Counted from the stretch's first letter, positions 13,901 through 29,151 are shown. The stretch is 64,000 bases of DNA from the human T2T-CHM13v2.0 reference genome, Homo sapiens (GCF_009914755.1 NC_060925.1); one strand, 5' to 3'. Notes: generated from the letters alone by a model not told the origin. Translations and numbers: made by a program.

Positions 13901-15122
13901 AGATATTTGATAGAGGTTAACACTTATTGCTGAGTTAGGCTGGAAATTTACACTTTTCTTAGGTTTTCGAAGACAGCTATCTTAGTTAATGCTTTGGAAC
14001 TGCTGATTCCATGAAGTAAATGTAGCAAAAAGGAATGTTTATAGATATGTTGATGGCATAAGAGAAATCACATTTTTAGTAAGAATGGATACATTTAATA
14101 TATAGTCCAGAGTGTCTACAAAGACACCAAATAAGTCATATTGCCCTTTAAAATGTAACTTCTCCTTTTAAATATGCATTTGTGTATGATATTTACATAT
14201 ACACATATGTGTATATGTTTTGATATAAGGCTTCATGGAACCATATATCAAAGATTGGTATCTAATACCATTAAAATATAATACCATCAAAATTTCGTTC
14301 TATGCAGTTTGTATATTCAAACAACATTAAATTTTCAAAAATGGACACGCTAAATTTGACTTAACATTTGTCACACATACATCTATTGAAACTCTATTGT
14401 GTGGAAGGTACTCTTGACTATTTTATGCAGTACATGACAAAGTCATTGATAGAACAGCAAGGATAATACTACAGAAGCATAGCACCTAACCACCTGAATA
14501 CAACTCATGAAATACAGGATGTTATTTTGAGTGATATATAATATAGTATTATAGCCTATATTATAGGTGATACCTGTAGCATTATAGGTGATACCAATTT
14601 GATTATTAAAGTACAAAAGTCAAGATAGTTGCCCTTAGTTTACGTAATGAATAATAATTAAAATAATCAGTCAAATATTTGAGTACATATTTTGTACCTG
14701 AAACTTGATCAAGCATTGTATATTTGACTTCCTGTGAGTGAATGTATGACTTACACGTATAGTTAAATATACATAGCATACAGTTAGAATACAAAATGAA
14801 TGGCTTAGAGTCTTACTGTAATTTTTTCTTAAGTATAGTGATGTAAAAAGGCTGTGTGACAGATAGGAACTTGAGCTCACTAGTTTTTAAAATGTTTAGT
14901 GCTCAATTCTGAAAGATATTGAAATTGTTGGTCTAGAGTAAAGACAAGTATGAGTATTTTGTAAAATCTCTTTAGGTAAATCTGAAGTCCACCTCTGGTT
15001 AAGAACCACAGTTGTAGTTTAAAATATTCTTTAAACATAAGAAAAAATTTCATGGTACAACTCTTTCCTTTATTTCATCTGAAAATTAAAGAAAAAATCA
15101 AAATTGCTTTCTTCTTCTTTAG

Positions 15123-15326
15123 ATTCCAGGAATATACAATTCACCCTTCAGAAAAGAGCCTGATCCATGGGAGCTGCAATTACAAAAGGCAAAGCCTTTA
15201 ACACACCGAAGACCTAAAGTTAAGCAGAAGGACTCCACCAGCCTTACTGATTGGCTAGCTTGTACAAGCGCCCGTTCTTTTCCTCGGTCTGAAATTCTAC
15301 CACCTATTAATAGAAAGCAATGTCAG
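15123..15326 (+). CDS. SPATA17: SPATA17 internal coding exon (probably exon 7), 204 bp, phase 0-0
   Basis: Acceptor ttcttcttctttAG, donor CAG|gtacta. Open frame IPGIYNSPFRKEPDPWELQLQKAKPLTHRRPKVKQKDSTSLTDWLACTSARSFPRSEILPPINRKQCQ matches the recalled SPATA17 protein. Confidence 0.95.
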
Positions 15327-15389
15327 GTACTAGTTTGCTGTATAAGAATTCTGTCATTAATTTTATTCTTGCTATTTTTTGCACTTTTT

Positions 15390-16195
15390 ATATAACACTA
15401 TCTTAATTTAACCATTTTTAATTATATAGTTTAGTGGGATTAAGTACATTCATATTTTTGTGCAATCAGCTGTCGCTAGAACTCTTTTCATCTTGGAGAA
15501 TTAAAACTATACCCACTAAACAACTCTCCATTTCCCTTTGCCCCATCCCCTGACATGACTTGTTTCACTTAGCACGATGTTCTTAAAGTTCATCTATGTT
15601 GCAGAATATGTCCGAATTTCCTTCTTTCTTAAGGCTGAATAATATTCTATTTTATGTACATACCACATTTTGTTTATCCATTTATCTGCATTTGGCATTT
15701 GAGTTGCGACCACACTTTATGTATTGTGAATAATGCTGCTGTGAACATGGGTGTAAAAGATCTTCTTGAGACTGTTTTCATTTCTTTTAAGAATATACTC
15801 AGAAGTGGAATTGCCAGATTATATGATAATTATATTTTTAATTATTTGAGAAACTGCCATACTGTTTCTCATAGCATCTATACACATTTTCCATTCCCAT
15901 CAACAGGGCACAAGGGTTCCAATTTCTCCACATTCTTGTTGCAGTTTTGATTTGCATTTTTCTAATTGTTAGCGATGTTGAGAATCTTTTTATGTGCCTA
16001 TTGGCCATTTGTGTGTCTTCTTTGAAGAAATGTCTATTCTAAGTCCTTTGCCCATTTTTGAATTGGGCTGTTTTTTGATGTTGAGTTTTAGGAGTTCTCT
16101 ATATATTCTGGGTATTCATGCCTTATCAGATACATGGTTTGCAAATATTTTCTCCCATTCTATGGGCTCCTTCTCTACTCTGTTACAGTGTCTTG
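15390..16195 (-). mobile_element. L1MB-type 3' end
   Basis: Reverse L1 3' UTR/ORF2 end motifs (gctgaataatattc...aatgctgctgtgaacatggg...ttgcaaatattttctcccattc). Confidence 0.85.
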
Positions 16196-16211
16196 CTTTT
16201 TAAAAATACAG

Positions 16212-16507
<296 letters not shown>

Positions 16508-17179
16508 CTATCTATCTATCTATATATATATAGATTATTGTTTTGTTCCATTTTTTTGACCAGAGGAAAATTATTTTTTGCAACTCTAATTTTAAATAAT
16601 AAACATAAAGTAATTTACAAATATATACCAAAGAAGTGAACAAACACTTCTTTGGCATTAAATCTTGTTATATTGAATAAGAAGTTAAAACATGGATTAT
16701 TTCCTAGAATCTAGATTTTTTATGTAAAAATATTGTTATACCACTACTTGTTATAACCTGTTGTTGCTGGGAATACATGTATTATCAATTTTATTGAATT
16801 TAACCTCTCATTTGATGCTATATGTCTTTATATGCCATTTTAAACAAAACTTGGGTTTGAGTAATTTTACAAATGTAAATTTGAGAATTTGAGACAGCTC
16901 AAAACAAAGCAATACTCATAGTAGAGATGGGAAATCTTCCCTATAACTAGATTGTAGTACAACAGGTTTGGCAAATGACTTCCTGAGGCTAAAGGGTAGA
17001 GTGGGGTGGGGTGAATGATGATTGTCACCATCCTAAAAGTCCCGGAGAGCCACAGGTCTATCATCCCAATCAATAATTAAGCTGCCACCATGTAGTATCA
17101 ACTACCTTGTGTTAGATTTGGCTCACACAATTAAACTCCCAGAACTCCTGACCATTAACTCCCTGAATAGGCGTGCCCT

Positions 17180-17872
<693 letters not shown>

Positions 17873-18179
17873 ACCCTCAACCATTGAATCATCCTTGCAA
17901 TAAGACAGCCCTGCATTCTATTTCATTAAAAATCTCCCACTTTACTGTAATTATTTGTGATATATGTTGTGTTTCCATTCTCTATAATTACGTCCTTAAT
18001 TCCCATTATTTGTATCTTTTTTTTTACTCTCTCAAAACTACTAACTGATAATTAATACTATTAACTGATGGTTTATACTGTCTTAGAGAAAGAGCTATAA
18101 AATATAATTGAAAATCTATAGTCAGTTTCCCCCTTGGACCGCTTTCTCCTTTTCTTCATCTCTGATTCAGTTCCTATGA

Positions 18180-18490
<311 letters not shown>

Positions 18491-19017
18491 CATGTATCAG
18501 CATTCTCAATTACCTAGTAAACTAATCCATTTATCTGAATCTGATCATTCGTTCCTTTACTAAACTGGAGTGACAAGCATAGTGGAGTGAGCAAGGGGAC
18601 AAGAGAGAGATAGTAGGAAAATTTTCAGTTTTTTAGGGGGATATGTCTTCAGAGTATGGTTTCATTATTCCTTTTTAAATAAGAGTTATATCAATATTCT
18701 AGTGAAAGCATTTAAAATAGTTTTAAATGTAAATATAAAATGAATTTTATATTATGAATAATTGAATTTTTGCTATTTTGAATTATGTACATTACTATTT
18801 TTCTATTAGTGTAAGTAATCATCACATTGCATATATAACATATAACTTTGCATCAACAAGCAATTAAATTTATTAATTATTCTATCAAGAAAATAATAAC
18901 TCCAGCATTTCCACTGCATGTATATTAAGTGTTCAGTGTGTTAAATGTATTAACTACTCAAAAGCAGTTAAGGTAGATGTAACATTGCATATTTAAATTT
19001 TTAATAATCCACACTGC

Positions 19018-19485
<468 letters not shown>

Positions 19486-19729
19486 TCATCTGAACCAAAC
19501 TACCACACTATACAATATTCACAACATTAACCATTAAACATGTAATATTATGGTATAGGTGTTTTATAATGTTATTACATTTGCTTTATTGCCCTGCTTT
19601 TAATATACTTTTAATGATGTGTCTTCTTCTACACTTGTCAGTGTTCATTCTTCATCTCTGTTTCTCAATACAACCTCTGTACAACCATCTTCATTCCCTA
19701 CATGGCTTTCTTCCTCCATACCATTCTAT

Positions 19730-20430
19730 GTACACATATACCTATATACATAAGTGTATTTAGTATGTATGGAATGCATAGGCAGAAGGTACATATATAG
19801 AAATAATGTATGGATGATGTATAGGTATATGGAAAATATATATGTATAAATGGTATATCAGCCCATATGGAAGATATATATATATATGGTATAAGTATAA
19901 AAATAGAAAAATACACACATTTGTAAAACAACTTGTGTGTGTGTGTGTGTGTGTGTCTGTGTATGGAGAGAGAGAAATATTTATGTTTATATAGAGAATA
20001 TATAAACACATGGCAGAATTAAAAAATATGTATTTATATATGTATATATGTATACTTACATATATATACACACATATACTCCTGAATTACATTTATCTAG
20101 CATGCTACAAAATAATGATCCCTACTAATCTATTCTCTTTTCTTCGTTCTCTCTTTTTTATTCTCTTCTCTTCTATTATTTATTTTCTCTTTCAGTGTTT
20201 TTTCTTTCCTTCTTCTTCTGTCTCCTTCCTTCCCTATTTTAAACTCCTCCTCCTTTTCCTCTGGCCATGTCATCCCCACTGCCCTATTCTTCATTCTCTT
20301 GTTTCCTTCCTTCTCAATCTTCCTTCTGTCATCTTTTCTTAACACCTTCTCCTCTCTTTACTTCCTTTGCCTCTTTTCTTCACCATTCTTCTTTTTTCTT
20401 TTCTCTTTCCCTTCTTCCTTTTTTTTTCCC
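19730..20430. repeat. TA-rich low complexity with (TG)n, followed by a ~300-bp CT-rich tract (20130-20430)
   Basis: Direct composition. Confidence 0.85.
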
Positions 20431-21494
20431 AAAATGGGATTGTTTTACATTTTGTTTTGTTTGTTTGTTTTTTCTGAGCCATATTCCTGTGTGTTACCAA
20501 TAATAAAAAAGTATATACCTCATTGGTGACATTTAAGATTATGCCCAAATGATAATATTTGTACTCTAATCAGAGTAGCTCTACTTGCCAGGTGAATTTT
20601 TTAAACATCTAGGACAATTTTATGGTTTTAATAATGGCTTAAACATATAAAATGACTATAAATAACATGAATTATGGAAAATACAGCAGAACATAAATAT
20701 ATTTGACTCTCCTAACCAGGGCTTAGGTGGAGGCAATGTAAACTAAACATTAAAAAACCATAGCTAAGAGTCCAGAAATACCTGTAGTGTCAAGTTAAGT
20801 CTTGGATGATCTAGGTATTCTAGGGATTAATTGGAAATAAGTACAATCAGCAGATCTAAAGTTTGATAGGTGAAAGATACACATAGATATATAGATATAT
20901 AAATATAGATATATATTTACAAAACCTGGGTTCCCATGTCACTCTAGGCATGACTGGGATAGATGATTGCCTGATATCCAAAAAAGGCAGTTTTTCAAAA
21001 GAAATATAAATCAACAAAAATTTGACGTAAGAGAAACTTGATAGCTGGTGTCAAGTTCACTAACCAAGGAGCTGGAAGACTATTGAGCTCAAAGACAAGA
21101 TGCTAATTGTCTGAGGTATAAAAATGTATGTACCAGGCATTGCAAAGACATAGGGGCATGGACATGACTGCACAAAAGTCAAGGATCATGAAGGTGGGAG
21201 TGAACCCAAAAGGAAGACTGAGTTTACTTTCATTCTAATCCTAAGCAGGGCTTCTTCTCTTTCATTTTGTAGTCTCATTGGAACTAATAAGTTCCAGAAC
21301 AACAGTAGAGTAAGCCTACAAGTAGATATGTGTTATGTTTGCTTATCAACAAAGGTTAGAAGGCATAACATGGCCACCAAGAAGACCATTGCTCCATGTG
21401 AATGCTGGTCTCTTCAAAGTCATAGCCTTGGGCCATTGTGTATTTCTTTGATGCTACTATTGCTCAAAACCTTTTAAAAACTCTTCTTGAAACT

Positions 21495-21690
21495 AATAAT
21501 TATGATGGTAATAACAATAACAATGTAGTGGGAACCATTTTGAGTGTTTACTGTGTTCTAGGTACATGGTAAGGGTGTCACATTATCGTACACATCTTAA
21601 GAGAAATTCTGTGATGTAGTTATTCCATTTTACAAATGATGAACATCGGCATAGAGAAATACTTTGCTCCTTGTCATAAAACCAAATATT
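21495..21690 (-). mobile_element. MIR
   Basis: Core attccattttacaaatgatgaa. Confidence 0.65.
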
Positions 21691-22955
21691 AATTTTTTAA
21701 GTCATAGACTCTGTCAAAGTATAAGAATAAGAATAAGAAAAAAAAAAGAAGTCCCATTTGATTTCTTAATAGTGGACTTGGAATCATGTTACTGTATCTT
21801 TAAAAAGTAAAATTCCAATAGAAATCCATTAACTACTTTCAAATATAGCAATCCTCCTGTCCAGCTGTGAAAAGTACTAGATGATACTTATTTGCCATTT
21901 GTGTTATTTACGGTCCATGACTTTTATGGTAACTGGTTCCTATTATTGGTTTCTATTAATGTAAAGCATAAGTGAACATAAATGAGGCGTGAATCATTTC
22001 TTTTTATTAGCCCCACAGTCTTCACTCAGTGCTTGCAGTAACTCCAGCTGTGTCTTGTTAGTGATAACCTATTTAAAGAAGATATTTTTAAGAATAAGGA
22101 ATATGATTAGAAATCTTTGTCCATTTAATATTACTTCTCTCCTATACGACAGTGATGAAAAAAACCAATATGCAATTAATGGCACAGCAAAATCTTGAGC
22201 TGCCTTTGATTTGTATTGTGCCTAATACGATACTAATTAGACAACCAGTGGATTTTAGTAACTAGTATAAATAACAACTAACTTGAAAGCAGGATATGTT
22301 GTAAGTTACTTTTCACAGTGCAGCTGTGGACTTTCCTCTGCTAAGTATTTGTGTCATCAAAAGGTTGCTATTGGTATCAGAGTAATTGAACAATAGAGTT
22401 TAGAATTTTAAATAAGTAACATTTAAAATAAATAAAAGTTATGGTTCTTCTGTGTTTAGGAGGCTGCCTATTAAGTGTGACATTTGAAATTCACCAAAAA
22501 ATTTTAACTTAATGAAAAAACAAATGCTCTCCTATTTCTATTTATAGAAGGGCTGTTGGAAAGCTATGCTTAGAATTTTTTCCTAATATTTGTATTTACT
22601 CAAAAAGGGAGACAATCCTTTTTTTAATTATACTGAACAAAATGTGCTTTGTAAAATTAGAAAACAAAGCAACCTATAACAAGTTTATCAGTTATAACAT
22701 GAAGATCTTTTGATGTAAGTGGGGAAACTTCTGTTTAATTTTAAAGTTTTTTAATGTAATCAATTTTACTTGAGAGAACATTGCTTGAAAATAAGTGATA
22801 TGTCATGCATATTCTAACTCAGCGAAGAACAAATGGTGTTTTAAAAATAACTTAGTAAACCTGCTATACTTTGTAGATGTTCACTAGCCTTGGTCATCAG
22901 TAATACCTCAAAAAAATCTTCCATATAAAATATGTTCCTCATCCTGTCTTGTCAG

Positions 22956-23104
22956 GGGCCCTTCCGAGATATCACCGAAGTATTAGAACAACGCTACAGG
23001 CCTTTGGAGCCAACGTTGCGGGTGGCAGAACCAATCGATGAGTTAAAGTTGGCCAGAGAGGAGCTCAGAAGAGAGGAATGGCTGCAAAATGTAAATGACA
23101 ATAT
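22956..23104 (+). CDS. SPATA17: SPATA17 internal coding exon (probably exon 8), 149 bp, phase 0-2
   Basis: Acceptor cctgtcttgtcAG, donor AT|gtgagt. Encodes GPFRDITEVLEQRYRPLEPTLRVAEPIDELKLAREELRREEWLQNVNDN+AT, in frame with the previous exon. Confidence 0.95.
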
Positions 23105-25224
23105 GTGAGTTCTTAGCTTAACAAAAATAGCTGTGACATATTTGGTGCCTTAAATTTTCTAATTTTTTTATTTTCTAATACTGTAAAAAATCTTTTATTT
23201 GTGAGAAAAGGTAAAGCCACCCCTGACCTGTTCCAAAGCAATAATTTTTCAGCATGCAAATGATTTAAATGAGGTCAGTATTGATGGCAAAAACTCTTTT
23301 GACAACTCAAAAGACAAAAAAAAGATCGGCATTTTGAGGATAAATGATCACTATCTATGTATCTGTGAAGATAATTTTCTTAATTATCTATAGTGAAAGC
23401 ATACATATTTATGAAACGCCTAAAATAAGATCCAGTAAGATGGAAGAAACATTTTTCTTAACGTGGACTAAATATCATTTTGATCTATTGACATAACATT
23501 GTAGTTTTAATAAGTCAGATATAATGAAAGAAGTTAGCTTCTTTATGACTGAGGAAGATGACTGAAAAAGATGAAGAATCATTTAATAGCATATGTAATT
23601 TTAAATTTTTTTTTAGCATCATGGATTTGGGTCTTAATTCAGACATCTTTCTCTCAGGCACTTTCTCTCTCTTAAGACACTTTGTCATCAATAGAGTCAT
23701 AGATAACTTATAAATAGACCATTTCAAATCTAAAATGGCTTTATTTTTATGATTGTCATTATTCTGTAATGTCTCACAATTATCTTTGCAATGTATCTTA
23801 TAATGTATTTTAATATTATTTATATGCTAAGTAAGACATTATTACATTATAATACTAAATATTAATGATAATATTGGTATACTATAAATTATACAAAATA
23901 TAAAATTATAATCATTTATTGCATTTACATAATCATGTGCTAATTGTTACATAATAATTTATATAATAATTATAAAATATTTTAAAAGTGTGTTTTGATA
24001 TAGAAGGAAATTAGAATTACCTCTTATCCATTTTAGTGGATTTTGGATTATTTTAACAGTTATAAGTTATATATACATGTACACATAAAATATGTTATTT
24101 GAATTATACCTTTACACAAACATATCAAAGACAAAATTGGCAGGCATATCAAGTAATTTTTATAAAGTTTTTCACTTTATAGCAATTACTTGAAGTGAAA
24201 TAATTAGCTGTAGAGTGTTTAGCAGATTCTTTCAATAATTGATTGGCTTAACCCAACATATGATGAGTAAGAAAATAAGGAACTTTTTTTCCAATTAGTT
24301 TTGAGGAGGTAGATTCATTTTACCACACATATCGTAGAAGATTAAAGCTTCTCAGACTTAGCCAAGCAAAATATAAAATTTAGTGATGATTATCTAAAGA
24401 GTTATATTACTCAGAATTCTTTTCCTATTTCCAATGATGCAAAGGTTTACAAAATAGCATGACTAATTGCTCAAACAAATAATTGAGATGATTATTGATT
24501 ATCTGATTGATATTTCTACAGAAATCATTGTATATTAAACATACTGTGATATCATTTCTTACTATTTTCCTTAGTAAGCCTAGAAAGATCAGCTATCAAT
24601 GTTATCCCCAAAGAAAGTTGCTCGATTTGTATTTTCCATGGAATACTTGTACATATCTTCAACTTCCACAGTGTTGCTGATGACCCTTTGCTCTGAGGCT
24701 TTCCGAGATTGCAAAGTCTTTCTAAGATTTTCAACCAATCAGAAAAAAACCAAGTTGCAGATGCTAAAAAAAATTTCTTATAGATTCAAATCTATCATTT
24801 TTTTTTTGCAACTAGGCTAAGTAATTGGTCTTTAGCCTAAGGATAATTCCATTATTAGAATTGAAACACTGATTTTTTTTCATAGCTTCTTCTGAACCAT
24901 TTTGCTTTTTGTATACTGGTTAATGCATTATTTTATCCTATGTGACAAAAGAAATGTTAGAAATATAGGTTTTATATCATTGCAGATAATAATTCCGTGA
25001 AGTATAGTCCTGTCACAAAGATTCATGGTTTGTTAATGCAGAGGGTCCTTTTACCACAAAACCAACTTTACCTATAAGGAGTTAAAAGTAGTATATCAGG
25101 AACCTGCTATCTAGACCTAGAAAGGTACAGCTTTTTATTTCTAATGTTAAGGACTCAAAGGGTAGCATTATATCTGAGAGTTTAATACATTTAGCTCTTT
25201 TGTTTTCATATCATTATGAAAATT

Positions 25225-25455
25225 GCAGTGTGTTTTAGTAGAAGTAGTATGAACTTTGAAACTAGAGCTATATGAACTCAAATCTTAGTTCCATTAAACA
25301 GCAGTATAATCTTCGGTTAGTAATTTAGCCCACCTGAAACTCTATTTTCCTGTCTGTAAGATGAAGCAGAAATGTTACCTTAAAAGGTTGTAATGAGGAT
25401 TGATAGAGAAAATGAGTATAAAGTGTCAGGAACATAGTAGGGTCTTAATAAAAGA
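25225..25455 (+). mobile_element. MIR
   Basis: ttttcctgtctgtaagatg...ggttgtaatgaggatt core. Confidence 0.75.
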
Positions 25456-25675
25456 GAATTATTAACATGCTTTGTATTACTACAAATGTAATTCTGCATT
25501 TAAGACATCAAAAAAGTTGTAAGAAATCAGAGATTCCAAAGATGGGCTGGATTTTATCCCCTAGCCTGGAGAACCAGAAGTTGAGGAGGACAATGAGCAC
25601 AGCTCTGCCTACACCACAGCATCCTAACCTCGTTAAAGGCCTCTCTTTGTGCATCTAAAAGACAATTTTTCTAAG

Positions 25676-26512
25676 TGTATTTGTTTGCTAGGGCTGCCAT
25701 AGCAAAGTACCACAAACGGATGGCTTAAAAACATAGAAATGTACTGTATCACAATTTTGGAGGCTAGAAGTCCAAGATGGAGGGGTCAGCGGAGTTGGTT
25801 CCTTCTCTGTGAGAAAGAATCTCTTCATGCCTCTTCATTAACTTCTGGTGGTTTGCTATTAATCTTTATGTTTTTCAGTTTCTAGAAGCATTCCTCTGAT
25901 CTCTGCCTTCCTCACGTGGTGTTCTCCCAATGTCTATGTCTGTGTCCAAATTTTTCTTTGCTATAGGGACACCATACATATTAGAGTAGGTGCTTACCCT
26001 ACTCCAGTATGACCTCATCTTCATTTGTTACATCTGCAGTGACCCTGTATTAGTCCGTTCTCACACTGCTATGAAGAGCTACCTGAGACTGGGTAATTTA
26101 TGAAGAAAAGCGGTTTAATTGACTCACAGTTCCAAACGCTGTACAGGAAGCATGGCTAGGAGACTTCAGGAAACTTACAGTCATGGTGGAAGGGTGAAGA
26201 GGAAGCAAGCACATCTTCACATCGTGGCAGGAGACAGAGAGCAAAGGGGGAAGTGCCACACTTTTAAACAACCAGATCTCATGAGAACTCACTCACTATC
26301 ATGAGAACAGCAAGGCAAAAATCTGCCCGCATGATCCAATCACCTCCCACCAGATCCCTCCACCAACAATGGGAATTATAACTCAACATGAGATTTGGGT
26401 GCAAACACAGAGTCAAACTATATCAGACCCTATTTCAAAATAAGGTAACATATTGAGGTACTGGGTGTTAGGAATTCAGCATATAAATTTTGAGAGAACA
26501 CAATTCATAGCA
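25676..26512 (-). mobile_element. MLT1C-like LTR split by an MST LTR
   Basis: ctagggctgccatagcaaagtaccacaaac...aataaggtaacatattgaggtactggg. Confidence 0.85.
26046..26425 (-). mobile_element. MSTA-like solo LTR
   Basis: TG...CA ends, perfect 5-bp TSD gaccc. Confidence 0.92.
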
Positions 26513-27533
26513 TTGCATTCCTAGTTATTAGGAATGACAAAATGCTTCTTAATAATCACAGGCTGGTAGGTTATAGCTGTTAGTCACATATCTTCTTTAA
26601 AATAAACATAGCAAATAGGACAATAATAATAAAGACATGGAAAATAGATTACGGAAGTTTTTTTGGAAGTCATTTTAAAGCTTTCTTTGTTCTTGTTTTT
26701 AAAGGAACTCATTCAATTTTCTCATGCCATCTCAAAGAAAATTATTTCCCTCACTCATATGTCTATCCTTATGAAGCCAGGAAGCCAAATAAGCAATTAA
26801 TAAATAACTATGAAGGAACCTTTATATGGGAAGGTCTCATCTAGATATTGTGAGAAATAAAAAGGATTATTTATTGATTCAACAGATGTTTACATGTCAG
26901 GAATAGTTCCAAGCTCTAGGGACATAGTGGTGAATAAATCAGACATAGCCTCTACTCTCGTGAAACTTATATAGCTGAAACTAACCAGGAAACCTAACAA
27001 AATTTTTAGTAACATTTACCAAGTACTTGATAAATGGTCAAGTGTGTGTAAGAGACAATGTATATATTTTTAAATGTCGAGTTTTCTCTGGTCTCTGATA
27101 ATCTAGGAAAGCGTTCTTGACAGATAAGGAACTGAGTTGGATCCTGCAAAAGATGATTGAGATTTTGATAGAGGAAAGAAGAAAATAGATAAAAGTAGGC
27201 TGATGATGTGAAAAGGAAAACGATGGTAGGAAAAGTTGACAGAACAATGACAAGACCAATTTGACAGGCTACTATTTATGTTAGAGAGCAGGAGAAAGAA
27301 AAATTGCAAAAAAGTTCAAGACCAAGTAGTTGGTGGTTTATCCTATAGGTAATGGAAAATTATTTATTGTTTTCTTAGAGAAAGTGGATGGTATAAAAAG
27401 AATATAAATTTGATTGTGAGACAAATGTATTTCAGAAGAATATGATAGATGCAGTGAAACCCATTAGGATAAATATTGCAGAAACTTTGGTAATAGGTTA
27501 GAACTAAAATGATAGAAGGATTTGATATTCTCT

Positions 27534-27617
27534 TTCTTCTTCTTCTTCTTCTTCTTCTTCTTCTTCTTCTTCTTCTTCTTCTTCTTCTTCTTCTTCTTCT
27601 TCTTCTTCTTCTTCTTC
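27534..27617. repeat. (TTC)28 pure trinucleotide repeat
   Basis: 84 bp uninterrupted. Confidence 0.97.
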
Positions 27618-27629
27618 CTCTGTATAATC

Positions 27630-28320
27630 TTTGAATGGATGCTTCTACTTGAAAGATTTTAACTACCACCTCTATGCCAATGATTTCCATTTTAAATCTG
27701 TACAATCTTGATCCTACATTTCAGGTTTACATTTTCAACTGCCATCTTTGTTTGTATCTCCACCAGATGTCCTAAACGCAGTATATAACACACTTTCCTG
27801 CATCTTTTCTTGAGTGTGAATTGCATCACCAACTATCTGCACAAGCTAGAGACTTGTGAGTTACCTTCTCCTCCAGCATCATCCATATCCTATGAGTCCT
27901 CAAGTCCTGTTTATTCTACCTTTTAAGTTTTTCTCAAATTCAGCCTCTCTTCCCCTTTATACTATCACTGTCTTAATTTAGGCACCTTAAAATTCCTTAA
28001 CTTTAATTGCCATAAAATCCCTTCAACCTGGTCTACCTAGTCTTACTCTCACTCAGTGCATTTTACCAGACAAGCACTAAAGAGATTCGATTATGCGATT
28101 ATTATTCAGCTAAAATGCCTTTCAATGGCTTTTTATTGCCTCTAGGATAAAGTTTAATTTCTTATTTCGAGACACAGTTTCCTCAGGATCTGATCCAAGC
28201 TTATTTCTCTAGCTAATTTTTGTCATATTCTGTAAAGAACTTTGTGCTCCAGAGATACGGAGCTGTTTTCATTCTTCTGTATGTCCCTGGTTCTCTCTTG
28301 TTTCTGTTAAAAATTTTCTA
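27630..28320 (+). mobile_element. L2 fragment
   Basis: taccacctctatgccaatgatttcc...caactgcc...cttcaatggctttttattgcctctaggataaa. Confidence 0.7.
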
Positions 28321-28427
28321 CTTCCTTTGATTTATGAATCTCCTCAAATCCATTTAAAAAAATAAAGAAGAATTTTTGTTTACCTTTTTAAACATTAAAA
28401 CTACAACACATATTTATTGTAAAAACC

Positions 28428-28632
28428 TTAAACACTATTAACTGATCCTCAGTTATGTTTTCCAGAGGTATCTATTGTCAACCCTTTTTTGTGTATCTGT
28501 CCAGGAATTTTTGGTTACATGTGCAATTATTAAACGCTCTTCACTGATCTTCAGTTATGTTTTGCAGAGGTATCTATTGTCAACCCTTTCTTGTGTATCT
28601 GTCCAGGAATTTTTGGTTACATGTGCAATTAT
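28428..28632. repeat. 102-bp tandem duplication, about 6 mismatches
   Basis: Copies start at 28428 and 28530. Confidence 0.95.
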
Positions 28633-28936
28633 ATGTATATTTATTATTTCCTTATTAAAATAAGACAGAATGTTATATATACTGTACTTCTTATTTATGG
28701 GATATGGTGATCACAGAGAATTTTAGGCTTTAAAATTTCAGAGGGGAACATTTCAAGGAATATTTCCAAACATGAAATGGGACCATGAAAGTTGCTTAGA
28801 TGAAATGGGGAAAAATGTTATTAACAGGTGGAGCAAAAGGGAGGCCATAATGGTACCAGAGCTATTCAATGTTTAATTTACCCATCAAGACAGCAGAAAT
28901 GGAATGGAGTCGACAATCATAAATCAGATGATATAG

Positions 28937-29014
28937 GCTATGATATGGGCTTCACTAAGGTATTATGAGAGGTGTGCTATGATATGGGCTTCACTAAGGT
29001 ATTATGAGAGGTGT
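28937..29014. repeat. Perfect 39-bp tandem duplication
   Basis: gctatgatatgggcttcactaaggtattatgagaggtgt x2. Confidence 0.97.
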
Positions 29015-29151
29015 AAAAGTCCTATACATTGATATCTTCTGTTAATTGTAAACATTCTGGCTTAATACAGGAGACTATAATTATATCCAAAATACAATAG
29101 GTTTAGGATATTGCAATAGAAATGAGAACCAATTAGTTTCAATTAATTTTC

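Larger units (their letters stand above)
21980..25900 (-). ncRNA. SPATA17-AS1: Probable antisense lncRNA overlapping the middle exon (recalled as SPATA17-AS1); ends approximate, exon structure not resolved
   Basis: Recalled annotation, not derivable from sequence alone. Consistent with a minus-strand AATAAA (plus tttatt 22003-22008) and minus-oriented LTRs at 25676-26512. Confidence 0.4.

Noticed and set aside
13537-13923. Three overlapping repetitive minus-strand ORFs; superficially CRISPR-like array
   Set aside because: Product of a 19-bp tandem repeat. There are no unique spacers, no cas genes, the context is eukaryotic, and nothing supports coding.
14560-14595. 15-bp direct repeat attataggtgatacc
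   Set aside because: Small slippage duplication with no further structure.
19569-20548. Cluster of ORFs
   Set aside because: Low-complexity TA and CT tracts.
27364-27705. Poly-arginine, protamine-like ORF
   Set aside because: Translation of the GAA microsatellite; the flanks are L2 or random sequence.
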